Part shown: piece by piece, positions 39,287 through 58,344 of the stretch
Layout: every line of letters starts with the position of its first letter
Numbering within the stretch: position 1 is the stretch's first letter
Assembly: GCA_963693365.1 (NCBI GenBank)
Contig: CAVNZM010000010.1
Location: 7,565,794 to 7,629,793, forward strand
Direction of reading: 5' to 3'
DNA: 64,000 bases
From: Amoebidium appalachense
Taxonomy: Eukaryota; Protista; Ichthyosporea
The notes under the pieces: model-generated
The model's input: only the letters and a program-made list of their open reading frames with translations
Told to the model about the DNA's origin: nothing
Databases searched by the model: none
Translations under genes and position numbers: made by a program

Positions 39287-40725
39287 CTAAAGAAAGGGGG
39301 AGGGGAAACCGCGCGGGGGGCGGGGGGGGGGTGGGATGGGGAGACATGTTGAGGGGTTCCAAAAATAGGGAAATGAAGATAGAAAGGAGGGATTCGAAAC
39401 TGTGACAAAAAACCGGAGTGCAAGAGGCCAGCATATAAGGGGTACAGAAAGCAAGCCGGAAAACCTGAGGATATTAGGCTCGGTAGAAAGACAAAGAGCG
39501 GTTTTATAGACAACGTAACAATATGTGCAGAAGGAAAAAACCTATTAAGGACTTACTAAGTGAAAAACCTGTAACACCAAAGAAGAGGAAGCAATAATGC
39601 AGGAGGAAGGGTCAAGCCCCCAGGCGGGAGCACGGTCTGTGTCCGTATCTTCATTCTACCAGCCTTTCTGGTGCCTCCCACCTCCCTTTCCCCCAAATCA
39701 TCTTCCCTTCCTCCCCACAAGCCCACCCCTACTCGTTTCGTTGACAAGCCCTATCCCTCCCCTCCCCCCCCTCCCCCGCCCCCTTTACCCCCCCCCCCCC
39801 CTTCCCCCGCACCCCCCCTCCTCCAAAGAGGAAGAAGAAGAAGAAAAAAGAGAGAGAAAGAAGAAAGGAATAAAAGACGAAAGAAACGAAGGAAGGGAGG
39901 AAGGACTCAAGCAAGAAAAAAAAAAAAAAAAGCAATGAAAAAAGCCATTAAAGAAAAGAAAAGAGAATGGAGAAGGAAAAAAAGAAAGAGATGAAGAAGA
40001 AACACCCATGACCACCATGAGCGTCCCAAAATTGCTATCATGCTGCTTCTGTCCTTCCTCTCAAACCACGAGCCTTGCCACGTTCTCCTCGTGCATGTAC
40101 CACACTAACGGTGCAAAAAGAGAAGAAAGTTCATGATGTAACAGAGAAAACAATTAAACGTGAACATGTGCAAAACCACCATCCATCAGAAGCATTCCAC
40201 GGGCTACCTTTGCCGCACTTAGGCAAAACAGTCCACCACAATATCAGGATTGGACAAACATCATATAGAGTCAGTCGACCTTTCCTCAGTCAGGCTCTGG
40301 CTCACATACCTGGACAGCACCGGGTCAAGAAGCGCATCTGCCACTGCCGTGCGGTGGTGCTTGGCCACCGTCTTGATAGCCTTCCTTCTTGCCGCAGGGG
40401 AAAGGTCCGAGAGTAATGGCACAAGCTCGTCTGCACTCAAAACTCTCGCTAAGAACCCGGCGGCAGTTTTCTCAACAGCATACGAAGCCGTGCCTCGTGC
40501 TAACTGCAACAGTGACTCGATGTCCCCTGCCCAGAAAAAGAGATGAAGGGCAAATATGCTGTGCTGTGTGTGTGGTGATACCGTGAGCTCCTTGGTGAGT
40601 GTAGATAGTGTATCGTTTGCCTTGCGGTCAAGCGCAACCTTCCGAAGGTGCGTGCAGCGCAGAGCGTAGAGGAGTGGTTCAAGCTCAGCCTCAAGCTGAG
40701 AAATGGAAGGTAAGGCGAAATCCAT
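32300..40725 (-). CDS. Large (~1,350-1,400 aa) Leu/Ala-rich alpha-helical protein of unknown function
   Basis: Exons 40725-40310, 37908-37423 and 37171-~37005 join in phase (..VLSR|YGIEEASPLLYGCSTDVVLAHLP..WDRLARRP..YLG|LSPTYKH..RFAND). One to three small exons around 35480-36570 are uncertain. The terminal exon 35222-32300 is a 973-codon, microsatellite-free ORF. Confidence 0.85.
38736..38991 (+). repeat. Dispersed structured repeat, longest copy (A)
   Basis: Begins GGGTTTGAATGCGGAACACGGTACGAAGT; near-identical to 39172, 57218 and 63298; its distal half is similar to 55203-55291. Confidence 0.9.
39172..39244 (+). repeat. Dispersed structured repeat, truncated copy (B)
   Basis: ~70 nt near-identical to the start of copies A and C; ends in poly-G. 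Confidence 0.9.
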
Positions 40726-41296
40726 GGTAGCCTTGACAAGGCTGCCAAGGGAATGAACTCCTTATAAGGTAGCAAAAGGCAAAGTTCAATTATTCCCCAA
40801 GAAAAAAAAGGCGACAGTTTTGTATCCAAAAGGTAACAGAGAGATTGTGGCAAAAAAAACAAAACACAGCCTCTTTCATACATCGCCTATGAACAAAGTC
40901 CCATGGTCCGACCGTCATCCCATTCCCGGCACGATCATATGACGTAACCGCATTTTTATCCAATCACTGCGCGGCTGGGTTTGCGAAGATCCCTTATTTG
41001 GAACACTTGTGACCCGATTTGGCAAGTTCACACACACAGTGACAGTGACTCGGTGAGCCGGCCAGAACAAAAATTTGAGACTCCTCACTGAGTCCTCAGT
41101 GCAGTGCCACCTCCTCAGGAAAAAAGCAAGCAATACTTGAGGACGAAAGAAAGAAAGAAAAAAGGGGTTTGGAAACCATGCAAACAAAAGGCTTAACACG
41201 GCGGGTGCCAAGTAGCTCGCAGTCCATTCATGAGAATCATTTTGTCCTCCCCGATGACCACAGCCTATATTAGTGTGCGCTAATACGACACCCATA
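40726..41296. promoter_or_regulatory. Bidirectional promoter between the large helical-protein gene and TDG
   Basis: Divergent start codons 571 nt apart; repeat-free; TGACGTAA 40940-40947 and CCAAT 40960-40964. Confidence 0.55.
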
Positions 41297-47276
<5,980 letters not shown>

Positions 47277-47563
47277 CACGTGCTCTCTGCGTCACTCTGT
47301 GCTTCTTCAGTTCACTAATTGCCATGAGGGGGCAGTCATGAATATACAAACACATGCCCACACACACGCATGCAAACACATGCCCACACGCGCATGCATA
47401 CACACATACACCCCCACACGCACATGCATACACACACATGTGCACACACACACATGCATACACATGCACCTGCACGCGCACACATCTACAACCTGTCATA
47501 TCATGCACGATGTGCATACTACGCCTTTCCACCACACATAGCGAGAGAGTGCAAAGGAGTCTT

Positions 47564-47601
<38 letters not shown>

Positions 47602-49579
47602 CCCCCCCCCCCCCCCCCCCCCCCTTGATCGGCAGTACTTAAATTCTGAAAGGTTAATAGGCATAGATCATTTTCACTGTTAGTATGAATGCCGACTAAA
47701 ATACCTGTTAGCCCTGATCATGCTTACTCTTTTGTAGATGTAAGATTGGCAAATCTCTACCGAGATTGGTATGACTGGATGCCTCGTGCGCGGCAAGTGC
47801 GATCTTTTTTGTTTTGCACACCACCTGGCTAAGCTGGATTCTGTACGTATGCCGGTGGATCTGCATGAAAATCTCCCGAATGAAAGACGTTGTGAACATA
47901 CCGTAGTTTGCGGTTCAAAAAGTTGTGTTGTTAAATTCAGTAGAATGATAGCAGCCTCTGGCCGTGCTGGGGAGCTGATCTTGTAATAAACCTGAAGAGC
48001 GTGCTCCAATAACATAAGTGAAAGCATTAATGACTCATTCGGTTGAGGTGATGGTTCCCCCCCCCCCCCCCCCCCCCCCCCGTGCGCGCCCCCCTCCACA
48101 CACTCACACACATACACACACGTACACACACACACACTCTCTCTCTCTCTCTCTCATGAGCTCACTCAAAACACACGTACTCACTCAAAATGGGTGGATG
48201 GGGGGGGGGGGGGCGACTATTAACGGGTTGAATGCCTCCACAAAAGCAAGTGGTTTTCGGAGGGAACAAGCGCAGCCAGACGTTGTGTCACCGTGAGGAA
48301 AGGTTACCTCACACAGTCGTTTATTCTCAGTCGGTCCAGCGACCCACGGGCTTAGGGCTCAGTAGCCCGTGCTTTAGCGTTAATTCATCATGGGCCCACG
48401 TGCGTGTTAAGTATTATTTTTGTGCATTCGTTCGTTCATTCACTCAAACGGCTAGGCCTCCACGCTGAGGCAAAGAGGCCGTGCTTAAACAGGAACAGGG
48501 CGCCTTGGGCGCGGCAGACGGAACACGTGGTGAGACTCGTGCCATGGACCCGCTCGGCCTTGCAGTAGCATGAGCGGCACATGACCCGGCCGCAAGGATG
48601 GAACCAGGTTTACGCGTCTTCATCTTCTGGCACACAAGGCACGTCTGCTTGCTGTGTGTGGCTGTGTGCCGCACCTGGCCAGCATCAGGGTGTGCGCCGG
48701 GACGACGTGTGCATGCAAACATATGTTAGGGGCTGTGTGTCCCGTTCTTGCGTGCCCAGTGCATCGACCCTGGCCATGGTAGTTTGGGTTCATGTGCGTG
48801 TCTGTGTGTTCATATGTGCTGCCGTGCCTGCGCTATGATGGTGGGCATGCTTGCGCTACAGCTAGCAATCCGTATCCCTGCGTTTTTTCTCAGCAACAAG
48901 TGTCCTGTGTGTCTGCAATCCAAAAAAACACTCTTCCTACCTCCCGTCCTTCCTGTCGTTGACTCTAATGTTCAGTGGCTTGCCGGCAGCCACATCCGGG
49001 AGCTCCACGATTACTTCCTGTGTCTGTGGGGGGGGCAGGTGTGTTAGCCAGTGGTTGCTTTGCTCGAGTTTTGGCGTGCTTGCGCAGCAGCAACTTCACC
49101 CTTCTGGCTGACAGGCACGTGCCACAAGCAGCAGTCGACCAGTGCTGGCTGTGTGGGTGCATGCCTGCCGCAGCGCCGCCCGCCCCTGCCGTGTGAGCGG
49201 CAGAGACATTTGGGCTTTGCAGGCGCAGTAAAGCGCAACCAGCCGGTTTCCATTGTTACTAAACGCAAGGGGCCCGAAACCAAATACCCGCACAGCCCAC
49301 ACTGCAACAGCAGCGCTTACGACAGGCAAGGCACCGCGGGGGCAGAGCCTGTGCGGACAAGCAAAGGCCACAACCCCCACCTCGGTTTTGACGCGGAAGC
49401 CCCCGTTTGCAGCCATGGTGGACCTAATCTACCTCCCCACTGCAGCGGAGTCGATGGCAGAATAATGTTTGCAGTGTTCATAGCTGACTTGCAGTGTCTA
49501 ACACATGCTGCTGCTTCGTCGCTTGCCGTATCTGCACGCAGCACTCGTCGTCTAGTACAGATCTAACAATGATACTGAT

Positions 49580-49624
<45 letters not shown>

Positions 49625-51199
49625 TATAGCCGCAAGGGAGCCCGCCCGGGCCCACGAGCCAGTCACTCATGAGATAACCGTGCCCTGCTCTGATTCGTTG
49701 AGCCTCCTAGTCCTCACCCTGGCGCACCCTATAACACCAATTAGGAGGTTTGGTTTCATTACGCAGTCTCAACAAAAGCAACCATTAAAACGAGTTCTGC
49801 CAACATTCTTCTTGGGCGGTTGCATACATGTTCTATTGTTTTTGGAACGACATCAAACAACAGTGCTACACTCACCCAATACAATACGATTCGGCGAATC
49901 ATATTCTGAACTTTGACTGGTCAAATATCATTCGGCGCTCATACCACTTTACCACAGCTGCATAGTCTCGTCCAATCGAATGCATTATGTATCATCTATT
50001 GGTTGCCGTGCACTTTGGAATTTCAAGCTTTGGACCTCAATTTCCTCAAACCGCACAACAACATCAAGACGGGTCGCCCATTTATTCCAAAAAAAAATGA
50101 ATTGAAAATCCCCAGTAAGGGAACAGGAGTGGACTGAACAGCTATGTTTTTAGGCCTTAGCTAATGGCATATAAAAAATAAATCTCACTGTTAATGAACC
50201 ACGAAGCGTGGACCATGAGTTGACAGAGATCTAGATCTGGACTCGGAGTCACGCCATTGGCCCAAGCTAGTTTCTTGTGCTAACCGCAATCATTATTCAA
50301 TTGGGTCAATATCATGCCTTGGATAAGCCAGCCGGCTGCGGTTGATATTATGTGCTACAGGGGCTACCAAAACAATCGTATGTCAGTATATGAAGTACTA
50401 TTTGCACTATATAATGACCTCTAATATTGGGTGCGGCAGTTTAGGTTATAAAGGTCTATATTGGAATAGTTGGTCCCACCAATGGTCCCACTCCAGCGCG
50501 AGGCTGCCGTGGCCACGATGATGGACTGTGTTCCGATTGGCTGTACGAAAGAGTTGGGTTTTGGCGGGAAATGGAAAAAAAAGCTGTGACATCAACCTAA
50601 GCCTCCTAGACTCTGTGTTTTTGACAAGCTCATGATGGCGCCGGGTTCGTTTAGCTTTCCTGGCCATAGAGATTACGGTTGACCTCAGTCACATCGAGAC
50701 AAGACAAGGAAGAAAAGATGTTTTGTTCGTAAAGGGGACACGGAGCAGAATACAGACCGGTTTACGATTAGAATTCTTGACTTTTGTTTTGGACCGGCCG
50801 CGAGCTTTAGAGGACTATTGTTGCGCAAGAGCTGGCTGGGAAAGCTTCGAAGAAAGGCGCCTGTTGCATGCTCACCTCCGGATACCCAATCAGGCATTGC
50901 CGAGGAGGGCTTTTTGACAAAGACAAGGTAAGAGCGACTAAGTCGAAGTAACTACAAAGCATTATACACAGCTTTCCTCCGGATCCCGCTGCCTGAACTG
51001 GTCTCTACATGGCATACTATGGCCTGCCAAGGAGGACCTGGTACCTTGGGGAATCTAACATGTCAAAATCACAAGAGATGTCAGGTCTCCTACAGAGAGG
51101 AGATCCGACCCGGGGCCACGCTGCAGTGATCACTTGCGGTCGGGCCGGGGGGAAGGCTGGGTGTGTGTGTGTGTGGTGGTGGTGGTGGTGGTGGTGGTG

Positions 51200-51244
<45 letters not shown>

Positions 51245-51635
51245 TACATTTAATAATGTACATGAGCACACTGTCTTGCGATTTCGCGACTGTATCAATC
51301 AGCCGGTATTTTATTAGCAAGGATTTCGTTACAGAACATGCTGCCTGCCTATACAGCTTTAGGGTTCGGTCTGCCTACAATGAATCGCAGACACACAAAT
51401 ATTATATTAGCACTATGTATCTATCAATTTTCTTCGTGTAGAGCAACCGTCGGGCATATGATGTTGATACACCTGCCGAGCTCGTCTGAAATTCAGCTCA
51501 CCTTTACCATTACTATTACTGAATAGGCTTTTTGGAGCAGCAAACAACATTGCATCTTGTGTCCAGGTCTGCCCATGCACACGTTTAATATCTGAACATC
51601 ATCCAAGCGCACACCGCACTAATATCGCATCCATA

Positions 51636-51887
51636 TTAGTTGCAGCAGCTATCACACGGGTAGGTTGCAATCTGGTAGCGCCACGGGTTTTTGGCCCGAC
51701 CCTGATACCACTCCAGGTGTGCCTGTGCCTGTGTGTACCCGTCCACGTGCATGACGGTCCACCGCCCACAGTGGTGGAAGCACGAGTCAAGGTACATGCC
51801 GTTCTGGGGGTTGCCCGTCATGGTGTCCATCAGCCGTGCTGTGTGTACGTGTGTACGTGTGTACGTGTGTGTACGTGTGTATGTGTA

Positions 51888-51977
<90 letters not shown>

Positions 51978-52427
51978 TGTGTGTGCGTGTGTGTGTGTGT
52001 GCGCGTGTGTGTTTGTGATTGTGTTAGTGGTTCAGTCGTGTGGAGATTAATAGCTAAGCTAGAAGCCCAAGGGGACAAAACTTTAGCAAACTACGGGGAA
52101 ACGTAAATTACTTTTGAGTATTCAGCCAGACCCATCTCGATAAAAAAAGGGAGGGAAAAAAAAAAAAAAAAAAAAAACGCCGCTGTAAAATGTGGATTAG
52201 CGGGTTCTGGAGAGGGAGTAGGGGGAAGGAGAGAGAGGCAAAGAGGTAGGGAGGGACGGGCGGGCGGGGAGGCAGGAGACGAGGGAAGATGTGCTTACAT
52301 GGACGATAGAGTGGACAGAAATCAGGAAGGAAAGGTTGATTAGGCAGGAGGTGGGTGGTTGTGGTTGTGGTGGTCGTCTGGGATGCAACTAGGGGGAAGC
52401 TACAAATAGAGCGTGCCCGTGAGAAAA

Positions 52428-52470
<43 letters not shown>

Positions 52471-53084
52471 GAACAGGTGATTGAATGCTGGTATGGGTAT
52501 GCGGGAAGCAGTCACTGTAAGAAAAATTCAAAGAAAACGAACCGAAGCGAGTGTAGGCGAAGATCAATTGGATTACAGACAGGAAATGGCAGGAAAAGAA
52601 GCGTGAGAAAAGAAGAAGCTATGGTAAAGACAAGAGGGATGGGGATGGAAGAATGAGGAAGGGTCCCTCCCGAACCCTAGGGACGTCCGGGAGGGAGGGG
52701 GGAAGGAGGGGAAAGGGGAGGGGGGGGTTTGTGGTGTGGTGGAGAAGGAGGGAAAGGGGAGACAAGGAGACAGCATTTTGAGCAGGAAATGGAAAAGCAG
52801 TGAAGAGAAAGCGAAGAAATGTGCTCGTGCGTGCGTGTGGGTGGGTGGGTGGATGGGGGTGGGTGGGTGGGTGGGTGGGGGGGGGGGGGGGGGGGGGGGG
52901 GGGGGAGGCGCTGCCCAGCCTTCAGCTTCAACCACACTAGAGGCAGATCCGTGAAATGCGAAAAGAAAAAAGAGGGGTAATGAAGGGAGGCAAAAAGTGT
53001 GTGTGTATGCGTGCGCGCGCGCGCGTGTGCGTGTGCGTGTGCGTGCGTACGTGCGTGTGTGTGTGTGTCCTTAAAACGGCCGGG

Positions 53085-53123
<39 letters not shown>

Positions 53124-53565
53124 AAATGTTCCACACACCCATGCACTCATCCCCAAAGGGGTTCATCTTGTCTGCATCCCTGCTCACGACCACATTGTCT
53201 GCCTGCCACGAGTCAAAGCGCGACTGCAGGGCATAGAAGGGCGTGCGGATGTAGGGCACCACGTGCTCGGCAAAGATGCAGCGCCATTGGTCAGAGGTCA
53301 CGGCATGCATGGCCATGCACCCGGCGTTGGTCGTGCTGTTCATAGTTGAATACACCCACTGCATGCCCTTCCTGCAGGCGGTTGGGGGGGGAGGGGGTGG
53401 GGAGGGGAGGGGAGGGGGGGGGGGGGGGGGGGGGGGTAAAGAATGTGTCAGAGATTACAAAATATGTGCGTGACCGACACCACCATGCAGATTTTGCAGA
53501 AAAGCACACACATTTATGCATAAAAAGCGAGCCCATCTTTTTTTTTTTTTTTTTCTTTTTTGGGT

Positions 53566-53597
<32 letters not shown>

Positions 53598-54307
53598 GAA
53601 GGATGACATTGTTAGATTGTTATCGACACTAGAGAACTGAATAAACTGGAACAAGTTTTAAAAAAAAAAAATTCCATGTTTATGAAATCATGCACTCCCG
53701 TATGAACGGCTCTGATATTCATGCAATGTACGGCTGTAATGCATATGCAGAATTTGGGTTACTCCTGTGGTAAACCCCCATGGCGACACATCTCGTGCGG
53801 TCAGCCCCCCGGTGGGGGGGGGGGGGGGGGGGGGGGGGGGCTTGGGGGTAGGGGGTCTACTTGTAGTCGACGGCCTGACCCGAGCTCCATTCGAGGAAAT
53901 AGCCGCACTCGGGCAGACCAGTCACCCGGGCAGTGGCTGATGGGTGGGCAGTAAGTTAGTGCCGTAAATGAGGCTGGGGGGGGGGGGGGGGGGGGGGTCT
54001 TGCAATTATTACACCCCATATGTGGTGAAAAGCGTAGATACACACATTACACTTTCCGTTAATGTCAAAGGGGAAGCTACCGAATAATTCTATATGGTGT
54101 TGTGTCGTTTATCAATAATGTTACATTGTGTGGAGTTGTTTTGGAAAACAACGGAGACTCCTGAAACCACGACTATCTGGAAGCCGTCGATTTTGTACTG
54201 GATGTGTGTTTGAAAGAAGCACATTGACACTTGGAATTGTTTCCCAATCCTAGAACGGACGTGACTTTAGCAAACAATATTCTCCCAAAGAAGGTAGGGG
54301 GGACGGT

Positions 54308-54340
<33 letters not shown>

Positions 54341-55647
54341 GGGGGGGTCATTCTGTTCTAAAAAAAAATCACTCTGTTGCATCGCGTTCAAGGGAAGTGT
54401 TTCTTGGCGCAGTGTTTACTTTATTCATGTATTTGTGTGATGATCGTGTGTGTATATGGAGGCAGAGACGACGGGGAGAAGACGGAAGGAAGGGGGAGGG
54501 GGGGGGGGGGGGGGGGGGGGGGGGCAGGGTAGGAAGAGGGGGGGGGGGGGGGGAGGGGAGGTCAAGGTACCTGGGATTTGGCTGGCCCATGTGTCCAGAT
54601 GGAAGTAAGTGGAGAGGCCGCCAGCAGAGCTGCCGCCAATCACAACCTCCGTAGCCTGCATTCATCACTATCAGCACATGCATGATGCCCCCCCTCCCCC
54701 CCCCCCCTCCCCCTCCTTCAGTGCGTCCGGGGAGCCCCTAAAGCCGAACCACACTGCACATGTGCTTGTTAGGCTACCTGAGAGCTATGCTGTACCTATG
54801 AACGAGGAAACACATGTGTGACCTTAACGCATACCACATAAACACATGTGTGACCTTAACGCATACCACATAAACACATGTGTGACCTTAACGCATACCA
54901 CATAAACACATGTGTGACCTTAACGCATACCACCACACGGCATGGACTTATTGCATACCACAGACCACTTATTCTCATCACTAGGGCTTCATTTGCCAGC
55001 GTGCCCCCCCCTTCCTTTCCCCTACTCTGGTCCTGACATGCTATCGGAAGAAAACCAAGGGCGTGTGTGTCTTGTGGTGGTGTTGGAGGGAGGGCGGGGG
55101 GACGAGGGGGAGGAGGGGGGGAGGGGGGGGGGGGTTACACATTAGCAACGGACAAGACAGTGCAGAGTGCAAACCCCACACAAAGAACACACATAATTGG
55201 CAGCGCCCATCCTCAGGAGGGGCCCATGTCATCCACAGTATCCGAGTTTCAACCCATTCACCTCGTCGACGAAACCCAACTCAGATATTGTTTCGGAGGG
55301 GGGAGGGGAGGGGGCCGGGAGAGAGGGGGGGGAGGGGGGGGGGGGGAGGATGTTTAAATTTTAAGTCCCTCGGGGATTAGATAGGGGGTGGTTGTGGGGG
55401 TAGGATTATATGATTGTGCACTTATGTAGTACCTGAAACGGCGGTGCAATGAAAAACTGCGAACAAGTACGAAAAACTCTTACATGCACCAAGAAGACAA
55501 ATTCACGTAAGGGGGGGAGGGGGGGGGGGGGGGGGGAGAAGGGAGACTCACAGCGTTCAAGCCGTGGTTGGTAAGAAGATCCTTGATGACATTCTGCAGA
55601 ATAACACCCCCACGGAAATAGAGAGGTGTACCATCCACATCCAGGGG

Positions 55648-55681
<34 letters not shown>

Positions 55682-56185
55682 GGGTGGGGTGGGGGGGGGG
55701 GGGGGGGGGGGGGGGGGGGTGATGTATGCGTCAGCGGGTTGGAAATATAGAGGAGACAACAAAGAGCAACAACAAAACGTCACAAAAGTGGGAAATCCAA
55801 AATCAAAACAATTAAGCGTGCAGGCAGAAGACACTTGAACAGAGCCCATCATCAGGGGGGTTCCTATGCCTCCACAAAAGCATGGGTTTCGACTCTTTAA
55901 CCTCTCGCGCGTGGTTCCCAACCCATACTTTGTTTCAACAGCAATAGGGGGGGGGGGGGGGGTAGGCACGTGTTACGGGGGCGAGCGTGTGTGTGTGTGT
56001 GTTGTGTGTAGTGGTTTAGTATGGGGTGTGTTTGTTGCTGTGTGAAGTATGAAAACAGAGAAGAAAGCCCCTAAACAATCTCTTTTGCCCATGTTGCTTT
56101 CCCCGCCTTCCACACTTCTCCCTCACTCCTCTTCTCCCCCCTCCCCCCCCCCCCACTCCCCTTCCCCCCCCTCTCTCTCTCCCCC

Positions 56186-56222
<37 letters not shown>

Positions 56223-57027
56223 CGCCCCCCCCCCCGACACACACACAAAACACGCACACATGCGCGCCCACCCACACCTTTCCTACTTTTCCCATCCCGT
56301 CCCCGCCACCAATACCCCTGCAACACAATGTGATTCAATTGATACATAGGAAAAAAGGCCGATTAAAGAGTAGCAAGCAATCACGAACCGGACCTTTGAT
56401 TCTTTGCACGTTCCTGATATGGCTAGGTATAAGTTAGGGTTCTGCGGGTGGTGGGGGGAGGGGCGGAGGGGAGGGGGGGGGAGGGGGGCGGGGGGAGGAG
56501 GACTTCACAAGCCTATCTTGTCTACAAAGACGAAAGGGATGGAGCGATTGAATGATCGAATTTGAAGATGTGTTTGTGTGCTCCCGGGGGAAGGGGGGGG
56601 GGGGGGGGGGGGGGACTGCTTACTCTACACGATGGCCTGAAAAGGAGCCACCATCACAGTAGTTCAGATACACAGAGTTCCAATCGTGCATCAGAGGGTT
56701 GACTTCGGGGTCCTGGCTGAAGTAGTCTGTGTGTGTGTGCGGGGGGGGGGGGGGGTTGGGGGGGGGTTGGGTGGGGAGGAGGAGGAGGGGGGGGGGGGGG
56801 GGGGGGGATTGTGTGCACATGTGAACATGTGCGAGTGCATGGCCAAGGGCACCTTTCGACTTCAACTGAGACAGTAGAGTAAGGATGACTTCAGAAGGCA
56901 ACTTCCAGTACGATAATCAAGTGAGGGGAGGGAAAGAACAAGTAAACCACACGCTTTTTATATAAAGACCAGTAAGAGCAAGCAATGACGTAGCACAAAA
57001 GCCGTTTTCCAGTGTGGAGGCCTCTCA

Positions 57028-57073
<46 letters not shown>

Positions 57074-58310
57074 GGGGGGAGGGGAGTGGGGGTAAGGGGG
57101 GGGGGGGGGGGGGGGAGGGGAAGCATGATGGGGGCCAGGGAGTGATGTTCTCCTCAGCCAAATTCTTAGTTGTTCTGAGCACTATAAGGGTGGATGGCGC
57201 CCTCCGGGTGAAGGGGGGGGTTTGAATGCGGAACACGGTACGAAGTACGCATACACGAAGGACACATGCAAAGGCAAACATTCAAGTATGCAACATAGCC
57301 ATGCGGACAGTATGCGTCATAAGCAGAGCCCATCCTCAGGGAGGGCCCAAAGGGGGGGGGGGGGAGGGGGGGGGGGGGAAGAGGGGAGGGGGGAAAGGGG
57401 GGTACACTAACCGTAATCGTAGTATGTCTGGGCACCAAAGCTCTTGGACGAGCCCAGACCACCCTTGGACCGGCCAAGACAGTCACGTGGACTCATGCAC
57501 CAGCCACCGCCTGGGAGGGGGAGAGGAGGGGGGAGAGGAGGGGGGAGAGGGCCGGAGGGGGGAGGGGGGAGGCGGGGGGGAGGGTTATGTAAGACTCAGT
57601 GAGCTCACGTTATAATTTGGTAGGCCGACAAAAACGAGAGACTGCAGAGGAAAAAAGAGTGGATATGGTTGTCTTCATTTCACGTGTTCATTCACGACAG
57701 GCTCCAAGGGTGTTGTAAATGTTAGTGCTTTGGCCGAAGGTGACCGTTATTGTCATTGGGGAATTATGACAGATTTTGTCCTCTCAACCCATGCCCACCG
57801 TGAGCTATAAATAGGTACATTGAACTGCCCCTCACGGCCAAAGCGAGCCTCTTGGAAACAAGGAAGCAACCATCCAGTGTGTAAGAAAGAAGAAGGTGAC
57901 GAGATTTTTGTAGGAGAGTTGGACAATGTCATGGCATTGGCGGTGTTGGTGTGTGTGTGTGTGTGTGTGGTGGTGGTGGGGGGGGGGGGGGGGGGGGGGG
58001 AGGGGGGGATGTAGGAATGCACGACAAGAAACAAGGGCAGTTCAGCATTTGGTACACCCTGCGTTCACAGCGAGAGGTGTATTTCTTTTTTGGGGGGGGG
58101 ACCCCCGAGGTGGGGGGGGAGGAGAGAGGGGCCACCTTGGTGATGGATGTACCATTTGTTTGCACCGGCGCCTGAGCCTGGCCTGATGTAGTACTTGTAG
58201 GGTGAGCCGTCAATGCACACGGCACCAAGCGCAACAGCATTGGGCAGCTCAAAAAGTTGCGCTGCACAGGGGTGGAGGCGTGACAAGGGAGGCGCCCGGG
58301 GGGAGAGGAG

Positions 58311-58344
<34 letters not shown>

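Noticed and set aside
52920-52937. 17-nt micro-exon with GC donor in the esterase gene
   Set aside because: Unnecessary: the GT donor at 53139 already joins the last exon in phase.
54808-54933. 32-nt repeat x4 with an internal palindrome, CRISPR-like in length
   Set aside because: Units are head-to-tail with no spacers, lie in a eukaryotic intron, and no cas genes are present; it is a minisatellite.
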